12,930 nt of DNA from a virus (taxonomy: Duplodnaviria > Heunggongvirae > Uroviricota > Caudoviricetes). Under the pieces are notes generated by a model that saw only the letters and a program-made list of their open reading frames with translations, was not told where the DNA came from and searched no databases. Shown one piece after another: positions 7,675 to 12,930 of the stretch. How positions within the stretch are numbered: position 1 is the first letter of the stretch; each line of letters opens with the position of its first letter. The translations under genes were made by a program, and so were the position numbers. The stretch is from the IMG/VR virus record IMGVR_UViG_2675903661_000019, positions 1-12,930 of that record, one strand, 5' to 3'.

Positions 7675-7684
7675 GTATGGGTGC

Positions 7685-7909
7685 TCAGTCCCTGATCCCT
7701 TTCAGAAATTCTATCAATGCATCTGTCTGTTCAGGATTTACCGCCAGCATTTCACCGGATAGCGCGCAACGAACAAAACCATGATGATCCTTTTCAATCA
7801 GCGCCCCCGTTTCCAGGAATGCGCGGTAATCAGTGATGTTCATCGTCTCCATGTTGTCAGCATGGTATTTATCACGCTGTTTTAATATCTCATCAAATTT
7901 CGTCGGCAT
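7685..7909 (-). CDS. hypothetical acidic protein (74 aa)
   Basis: ORF is open to 7987, but the ATG at 7909 has GAGGA about 7 nt upstream (MPTKFDEILKQ...). Stop at 7685 is followed by an intrinsic terminator. No family recognised. Confidence 0.5.
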   Translation of the reverse strand: MPTKFDEILKQRDKYHADNMETMNITDYRAFLETGALIEKDHHGFVRCALSGEMLAVNPEQTDALIEFLKGIRD

Positions 7910-8003
7910 TGTTTTTTCCTCTGTTGTGTCTGTTTGTTTCAGATAGTAACTATGCCGGACCGTGACGAAAAGCCAGTAGTGCGCCATACCATTTCAAATG
8001 ACG

Positions 8004-8028
8004 CAAAAAAAGCCGGATTGCTCCGGCT
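8004..8028 (-). terminator. intrinsic terminator after the 82-aa gene (near-identical copy of the 7641-7674 terminator)
   Basis: Same AGCCGGA-GCAA-TCCGGCT hairpin followed by a T7 run on the minus strand; about 24 bp identical to the other copy. Confidence 0.75.
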
Positions 8029-8050
8029 GCGTGGTGTGGTTCTGATATTC

Positions 8051-8299
8051 CTACTCAGCTAATTTGCTCAGCCCCATGTCTGCATAAGTGCGATTTACTG
8101 CATTTCTCAGGTCTGCGTAGTTCTCCGTTGGCGGCTCCGGTGGCCTCTGTGCCTTCCTGGAACATTCCAGCCGTCGCATCGTAACCTGATGCCGTTCCTT
8201 GTCTATCTCCACCAGTTGCATGACTTCACCCCATCGCGCCGACGCCCTCCGGTAAAAGCCTTTTGCCTCGAGTTCCTCCGCTATGCGGTCATGTACCAT
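8051..8299 (-). CDS. hypothetical protein (82 aa)
   Basis: ATG at 8299 is preceded by GAGGGGG, which overlaps the SSB stop codon (TGAGGGGGTGACGATG); ORF ends at 8051 and is followed by an intrinsic terminator. The longer track ORF (to 8419) would overlap SSB by 110 nt. No family recognised. Confidence 0.5.
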   Translation of the reverse strand: MVHDRIAEELEAKGFYRRASARWGEVMQLVEIDKERHQVTMRRLECSRKAQRPPEPPTENYADLRNAVNRTYADMGLSKLAE

Positions 8300-8309
8300 C
8301 GTCACCCCC

Positions 8310-8720
8310 TCAGAACGGAATACCGTCACCGTAAGGGTCATCGCCTCCCGCTGGTGGCTGATTACCCTGTGTGCCTGTGGTTTTGCGTCTGTTCCCGCCA
8401 GGACGTGCCGCACGGGCACTGATTACGCTGTCTGCAATAACCTGATAACCCTGCCGCGTTTCCCCGTTCTGTCCGGTCCACTGGCTGACCTGCATCGTGC
8501 CGGATACGCTGGCAACGTCGCCTTTTTGATGTTTAGCCAGGAAGTCGGCCTGCTTACCAAATGCGATGACCGATAGCCATAACGTAGCCTGCCCATCCTG
8601 CGCCTGACTACATGGCAACGATACCGCCATACGTGCCAGCGTCATTGGTGTGCCCTTGCTGGTCTGTTTTACCTGCGGGTCGTCCACCAGCCGCCCGTAA
8701 GCTGCTATCTGTGCTGTCAT
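8310..8720 (-). CDS. ssb: single-stranded DNA-binding protein (SSB-like)
   Basis: 136-aa ORF; OB-fold-like core alignable by eye to E. coli SSB (conserved Trp in SQWTGQNG matching RKWTDQSG), Gly/Pro-rich linker and C-terminal acidic tip DDPYGDGIPF resembling the SSB DDDIPF tail; ATGA overlap with the upstream gene. Confidence 0.75.
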   Translation of the reverse strand: MTAQIAAYGRLVDDPQVKQTSKGTPMTLARMAVSLPCSQAQDGQATLWLSVIAFGKQADFLAKHQKGDVASVSGTMQVSQWTGQNGETRQGYQVIADSVISARAARPGGNRRKTTGTQGNQPPAGGDDPYGDGIPF

Positions 8721-9031
8721 GATTCCACCTCTCCGGTTTTAACGTTGATGGTTGTTACCTGTTCCGCTTCGGCAATCTCCCGTTCTGTCAGCGTGGCAAA
8801 GTTTGCCGCCGCCGTGGTCATGAATGCGCTTATCAGGTCGGGATGTTCCTTCGCGTATCCTTCCCGCGTGTGGCGGTCTATCGTTCTGATTGCCACCTTT
8901 AAGGTGTGCTCAGTCATGTCTAACGCTTTATATTTTGGCTCTGTTCTGTCTCTGCGAATTTTGGTCATTTGTCGCCCCTGATTCATGTTTTCGGCTGGCA
9001 TGTTTGTTAAGTGATTTTGATGTATGCGCAT
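8717..9031 (-). CDS. hypothetical protein (104 aa)
   Basis: ATG at 9031 preceded by GAGGGGG about 9 nt upstream; first gene downstream of the iteron region; translationally coupled to SSB. No family recognised. Confidence 0.5.
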   Translation of the reverse strand: MRIHQNHLTNMPAENMNQGRQMTKIRRDRTEPKYKALDMTEHTLKVAIRTIDRHTREGYAKEHPDLISAFMTTAAANFATLTEREIAEAEQVTTINVKTGEVES

Positions 9032-9078
9032 TTATTTTCACCCCCTCGTTTAAAAAGTTTTTAGTTGTGCCTCCCCCC

Positions 9079-9302
9079 CCTCTACCCATCTACCCGAATG
9101 CTCATCATGTCAGTAATGGCGCGGCTTTCAGCGGGTAGATAGCTTTTTGGGCTCCTCTACCTGCCGTCTACCCTGCTACCTGAAACTGATAAAATCAGGT
9201 AGAAGAGGTAGAGAGCTTTTATTAGCCTTCTACCTGGCCCTCTACCCACTTATCATGTTGAATAATATGTATTTATTTCATTCAGGTAGATGGGGTAGAG
9301 GG
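9079..9302. repeat. iteron array, candidate origin of replication
   Basis: About 12 copies of CCTCTACCC / GGGTAGAGG-type motifs (core TCTACC / GGTAGA) in both orientations within ~220 bp, interspersed with AT-rich stretches (9250-9283), directly downstream of the primase stop at 9316. Confidence 0.7.
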
Positions 9303-9315
9303 CTTTTACAAAAAA

Positions 9316-11070
9316 TTATAAAAACGCGTCGCAATCGTCTGTTGTAATTGCGTTGGTCTGCGTTACTCCCTTAACTTTTCGCGTAATATATTCATGCCCG
9401 TAAACTTTCGCCGCTGGCTTCATGGCCTTGCTGAACTCAGCCACGTTTAGCGGTTTGCTCCTGCCTGCGTATGCCATAAACGCCAGATAGACGCGGTAAA
9501 GGCTGTTCCTGGTCGTGTACTTCACTGAATCGCCACCGCCCCCCATCATCAGGCCGCGCGCTTCCTCCAGAAAATTCAGGAACTGGCAAAACTCAATAAC
9601 CGGATCCGTCTGTTGCTTTATTGCCAGTGCTTCATCACCGTCACGCTGTTCCAGTAGTAAAGCCCGTGCCTTCTCAGGGTCGGTAAAGTTCGCCAGCAAG
9701 CGGCGGATAATAACGGGGATTTCAGCCGCAATCTTTTCCGGTAGTTCCCTGTCTTTTTCGGCCTCACTGACGATATTGTCGAAACGGAAAATCACGCGAC
9801 GACGTGCCACACCTCCGGCCCGTTCGGTGAATATCATCGGGTTATTGTTGGTCGCCAGCACCACCGCCCTGATTACAGCCGTGAAACGCTTTTCGTATTT
9901 CGGGTTAATTTCCACGGGGTCACCGCCCGTGATTTTCTTGATGCCCGTTCCTTCGCCTGTATATTTCGGCTGGTCAGCCAGGACGATAAGACGACTCCCG
10001 ACAACCTGCGCACGTCCACCAGCATCATCAAGCGATGTCATTTCAGCGCTTACCGTGTTCTGTTTCCCTGCCAGAAGGCTGGCTATGTGTGTGAATGTAC
10101 TTTTACCGCTCCCGCCGTCTCCGGTGGCCTCAATAAACATCTGCCAGTCGTACCGGTTCGCCATAATCATGTACAGCGCGGCACATATACGCATCATCTT
10201 GCGCGGGTCTTTTCCGGCTGCGTGCTCAAGCCATTTATGAAAGTTTGGCGCGTTATCGCGGATGTTCTCCCCTGGTGCTGGTGGCGTGTACTCAATACCG
10301 TTGTGCGTGGTGATCCAGTTCTCCGGCGTGTGCGGGGAAAATTCCCCCGTTTTCAGGTCAAGCGCACCATTGGCAAACGGCAGCAAATCGCCGGACGGCT
10401 CGCCCATTGGTTCGGCAATAACTTTTAACGCTTCCACGGCGTTATTGATTACGCGCTTGCTGAAAGTGGCCCTGTGCTCTGAATAGATCGCCACCATTTC
10501 GCGGCTAAGTTCCATTGTACTGACCGGACACCATACCCCGCCGCGCCATACGTGGACGATTTCACTTTCAGGATGTACGCAAATGCCATCAAAGCGCCCG
10601 GCAAGCAGCTGCGCGCGCTCACTGTCCGCCATCTGCGAAAGTTGTGCCTTTTGCTTTACCGGAAGCTCAATGACCAGACCATCAGAAAGATTCTGGCGCT
10701 CACGGGCCAGATATTCGCGCCAGTTCTCCACCTTCTGAACGTGCATTCCCTCAGGGTAAAAATTTGCATCCTGTACGCCTGCCGCCGCCAGTTTCTGACC
10801 AATCGCCTTGATCATTACTGGCTCAAGATGTCCGGCCCTGAATATGCGTACTGATTTTCTGCCTTCCGGCACAATTTGCAGCTTATCCAGTTCGGATAAC
10901 TGCTGCTCCCCAAGCCACACAGGAGGCTCATTATCTCCGGCCATACGCGCGTCATGTTCCTGCCATTGTTTTGCGTGTGACCAGGCATCACTACCCGCAA
11001 AAATAATGACTTCTGTTTCTTTGTGTTTTATGCCGCGTGACTGCTGTTTTACGTTCGGTGCCAGTTTCAT
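9316..11070 (-). CDS. primase/helicase, P4-alpha / D5-like (satellite Pri-Rep type)
   Basis: 584-aa ORF with central P-loop NTPase Walker A GDGGSGKST and Walker B-like LIVLAD, N-terminal primase-like region; ATGA overlap with the upstream 99-aa gene; iteron-rich AT-containing region begins right at its stop. Confidence 0.8.
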   Translation of the reverse strand: MKLAPNVKQQSRGIKHKETEVIIFAGSDAWSHAKQWQEHDARMAGDNEPPVWLGEQQLSELDKLQIVPEGRKSVRIFRAGHLEPVMIKAIGQKLAAAGVQDANFYPEGMHVQKVENWREYLARERQNLSDGLVIELPVKQKAQLSQMADSERAQLLAGRFDGICVHPESEIVHVWRGGVWCPVSTMELSREMVAIYSEHRATFSKRVINNAVEALKVIAEPMGEPSGDLLPFANGALDLKTGEFSPHTPENWITTHNGIEYTPPAPGENIRDNAPNFHKWLEHAAGKDPRKMMRICAALYMIMANRYDWQMFIEATGDGGSGKSTFTHIASLLAGKQNTVSAEMTSLDDAGGRAQVVGSRLIVLADQPKYTGEGTGIKKITGGDPVEINPKYEKRFTAVIRAVVLATNNNPMIFTERAGGVARRRVIFRFDNIVSEAEKDRELPEKIAAEIPVIIRRLLANFTDPEKARALLLEQRDGDEALAIKQQTDPVIEFCQFLNFLEEARGLMMGGGGDSVKYTTRNSLYRVYLAFMAYAGRSKPLNVAEFSKAMKPAAKVYGHEYITRKVKGVTQTNAITTDDCDAFL

Positions 11071-11366
11071 TTTTTACCCCTGAATCCGTTAATCATGGTT
11101 TTCAGCTTCTGGATGTTTTCCCGTGCTCTGGCGTTGCTGGTGGGCACGTTATGCGGCGCGGTCTGTACCAGAGAAAAATCACGCCGGAACTGATAAACAG
11201 GCATCACGCAATCATATTCGTAACCTTCACGGCGGTAAGTTACGCACCGTCCCGCCACACCCTTAATCATTACCGTGCCGCCGTACTGGTCGCGGTAAAT
11301 ATCACCGCGCGTAAATTTAGGGTGAGTGTTGCCACTGGCAGTTAAGCCAGAATATTTAAGTTTCAT
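11067..11366 (-). CDS. hypothetical protein (99 aa)
   Basis: ATG at 11366 with GGAGA about 9 nt upstream; stop overlaps the primase start; position resembles small early genes that precede primase in P4-like elements. No family recognised. Confidence 0.5.
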   Translation of the reverse strand: MKLKYSGLTASGNTHPKFTRGDIYRDQYGGTVMIKGVAGRCVTYRREGYEYDCVMPVYQFRRDFSLVQTAPHNVPTSNARARENIQKLKTMINGFRGKK

Positions 11367-11371
11367 TATTT

Positions 11372-11599
11372 TTATTCTCCGGTGTGGGGCGCTTTATTAT
11401 TTTCGATAATATCCATCGCCTTATCCAGTTCATCAATAACAGGCGATAGTAATGTCTGAATGGCTGCAAACATTAATGACGAAGATTCTTCGCCAGATTC
11501 CGGCGCTTCAATTAATTTGCCTAACAACGCATTCATTTCGCGCGCTTTAATTAATGCGTTTTCAGAATGAATAAGAACATCAAAGGGTATTTTATGCAT
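11372..11599 (-). CDS. hypothetical acidic protein (75 aa)
   Basis: ATG at 11599 preceded by AGGGGGTGA; acidic, helical-looking sequence; first confidently coding gene of the leftward early operon. Confidence 0.5.
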   Translation of the reverse strand: MHKIPFDVLIHSENALIKAREMNALLGKLIEAPESGEESSSLMFAAIQTLLSPVIDELDKAMDIIENNKAPHTGE

Positions 11600-12056
11600 G
11601 ACTCACCCCCTGGCGAATACGGGCGACAAAAATCAGATGTGTGTGCGGCAGCTGGGCGCGTGCTTCGCCTTCTGTTGCTGCCGTGACGGTAAAGAGTGAT
11701 CTTTGTTTTTCCTGGCACTGCATAAAGCGCCAGACAAAGTAAGGGCGTGCGGATACAGCCATGTGAAAGGCTCCCAAAGTGAAATTAAGGAGTCTCGCTA
11801 CTACGCTGCTAAACGGGGTGGCGAGACGTAACAGGGTTAGCAGACTGGCACTTTGGGAACCAGCGAGCGCAAAGGCTCCCCCGTTACGCCCCGCCATAAT
11901 GCGGGTATGGGTAGGCTTACGGACACAAAAAAACCGCATATCGGAATGTAAGCGGCTGTCCGCCAAAGTATTCAGGCTGCTAAACCCGGTCGCCATGTGG
12001 GCGACGGGGGAAGCATACAGCCCCGTTATAATTTTTTGCAAGCGGTTTTTACGCAT
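11592..12056 (-). CDS. candidate ORF (154 aa, very basic), doubtful; may instead be structured leader RNA
   Basis: ATG at 12056 with CAGGGG 8 nt upstream; 3' end overlaps the next start as CATGCATAA. Its last ~50 codons and the downstream junction are duplicated in the preceding segment (12049-12200). Composition (Ala/Arg/Leu/Ser-rich, few acidic residues) is atypical. Confidence 0.25.
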   Translation of the reverse strand: MRKNRLQKIITGLYASPVAHMATGFSSLNTLADSRLHSDMRFFCVRKPTHTRIMAGRNGGAFALAGSQSASLLTLLRLATPFSSVVARLLNFTLGAFHMAVSARPYFVWRFMQCQEKQRSLFTVTAATEGEARAQLPHTHLIFVARIRQGVSHA

Positions 12057-12330
12057 GATGTGACCCCTGACGAATACGGGCGGCAAATACAGCAACACAA
12101 CCAGACGGGCAACGGCTACGCGCTTCGCGTTCCGTCCAGGCGGTTACGTGGATGATTTGAGATTCTCCGGCACTCAGGGCCAGAAAACGCCAGATGTATT
12201 TATTCAGGTTGTGCGAGTCCCGCCCTTGCGGGTGTGTGATATGATTTCTCATAGCTACCTCGATACTTTCGCTATCGTTGGTGGTCAGAGGCTGCGAAAG
12301 GACGGCAATCCTTTTCAGCCTCGTTTGCAT

Positions 12331-12430
12331 TGAGTGATAAACACTCAGCTGGATTCCAGTATAATCACTAAGTGGAATCCACTTCAAGCGTTTTGTTTTG
12401 GTCTTTTTCGTGTATACTGGATTCCAGTAA
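12331..12430. promoter_or_regulatory. divergent overlapping promoters with three TGGAWTCCA palindromic operators
   Basis: TGGATTCCA at 12350-12358 and 12418-12426, TGGAATCCA at 12373-12381; plus-strand -10 TATAAT at 12360-12365 and TATACT at 12413-12418; minus-strand TTGAAG, 18 nt spacer, TATACT (rc of 12358-12387); palindrome GAGTG-ATAAA-CACTC at 12332-12346. Confidence 0.6.
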
Positions 12431-12448
12431 TCACAAAGGGAACCAGAA

Positions 12449-12628
12449 ATGGAAAGAGACCATATCAATAACAAATCACAGAAATTACAGGCTCGCGCCC
12501 CGCATGAAGTTGTTGAGGCTATGGAGCAAGTAAAAGAAACAGGCGAGAGCACTGCGCAATTTATCGTTACAGCCATGCGAGGCGAGATCAAACGCCGCCA
12601 GCGCCGTAAGGCCAAAGAATCAGAATAA
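12449..12628 (+). CDS. small ribbon-helix-helix-like DNA-binding regulator (59 aa)
   Basis: Not in the ORF track (below 60 aa). ATG at 12449 with AAGGGA upstream, TAA at 12626-12628. KLQARAP (beta strand), HEVVEAMEQVKETGESTAQFIVTAM (helix, G-x-S turn, helix) then a basic tail fits the RHH pattern; transcribed divergently from an operator-rich region. Confidence 0.55.
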   Translation: MERDHINNKSQKLQARAPHEVVEAMEQVKETGESTAQFIVTAMRGEIKRRQRRKAKESE

Positions 12629-12685
12629 TCACTATCAGCGCCGTGGTGTGAGGTACTACGGCGCATTGCTTTACAGGGCAGTACC

Positions 12686-12913
12686 ATGACCAACAACACA
12701 CTATCACCAATACAAGACACGCAAACGCAAGATGATGAAATCATCCGGCAAAGGCAGTCAGAAGCCTGCGCCAGAGTTGAGGAAGAACTAACCAGAACAA
12801 AAATACCACCACCAGCGCCGCGCTTAATGCCACCAGAAAAATTTGCCCTTGAAGATTTTGTCGAGAAATACCCACGGCGGTTAAAAGCCACTAAAAACCG
12901 ACCGCCTGGCTGA
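12686..12913 (+). CDS. hypothetical protein (75 aa)
   Basis: ORF downstream of the RHH gene on the same strand; weak SD (AGGG); Pro-rich centre. No family recognised. Confidence 0.4.
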   Translation: MTNNTLSPIQDTQTQDDEIIRQRQSEACARVEEELTRTKIPPPAPRLMPPEKFALEDFVEKYPRRLKATKNRPPG

Positions 12914-12930
12914 TAGCCTTGTCCACCAGC

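Noticed and set aside
7987-8419. Longer N-terminal extensions of the 74-aa and 82-aa genes (starts at 7987 and 8419)
   Set aside because: The extensions would run into the upstream terminator or overlap SSB by 110 nt, and lack an SD; internal ATGs at 7909 and 8299 have strong SDs.
9079-9302. Possible CRISPR array
   Set aside because: Repeats are 7-10 bp, in both orientations and irregularly spaced, with no unique spacers of uniform length; iterons, not CRISPR.
9515-10240. 241-aa plus-strand ORF
   Set aside because: Antisense to the primase gene; Ser/Ala/Arg/Ile-rich with no domain character; the primase frame has clear motifs.
11779-12333. Plus-strand ORFs of 94 aa (11779-12063) and 61 aa (12148-12333)
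   Set aside because: No SD, Arg/Trp-rich odd composition, located in the repeat-structured leader; no support beyond being open.
12049-12891. 280-aa minus-strand ORF
   Set aside because: As a 280-aa protein it reads through the promoter/operator region and is antisense to the RHH gene; Cys/Ser-rich. Only its last ~67-93 codons (12049-12330) are discussed as a doubtful paralog-like ORF in the findings, and not listed as a feature.

Overview
This 12.9-kb window is dominated by one leftward (minus-strand) array of tightly packed, often overlapping genes. Read from high to low coordinates it runs: a repeat-rich leader with two doubtful ORFs, two small unknown genes, a P4-family primase/helicase, an iteron-rich origin-like region, a small gene plus an SSB homolog, two small genes each followed by a near-identical intrinsic terminator, and then a complete HK97-type head and packaging module (major capsid, prohead protease, portal, head-closure protein, gp6-like connector, HNH endonuclease, small and large terminase). 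No tail, lysis or integrase genes are present in the window. At the right end a small ribbon-helix-helix-like gene is transcribed divergently from an overlapping promoter pair carrying three TGGAWTCCA palindromes. The left 750 bp is non-coding and full of direct repeats and palindromes. The content is best explained as a phage satellite of the capsid-forming PICI type (or a close relative) rather than a full prophage. All protein calls come from reading the translated ORFs, motifs and gene context; no database search was run, so family names are recognition-based.
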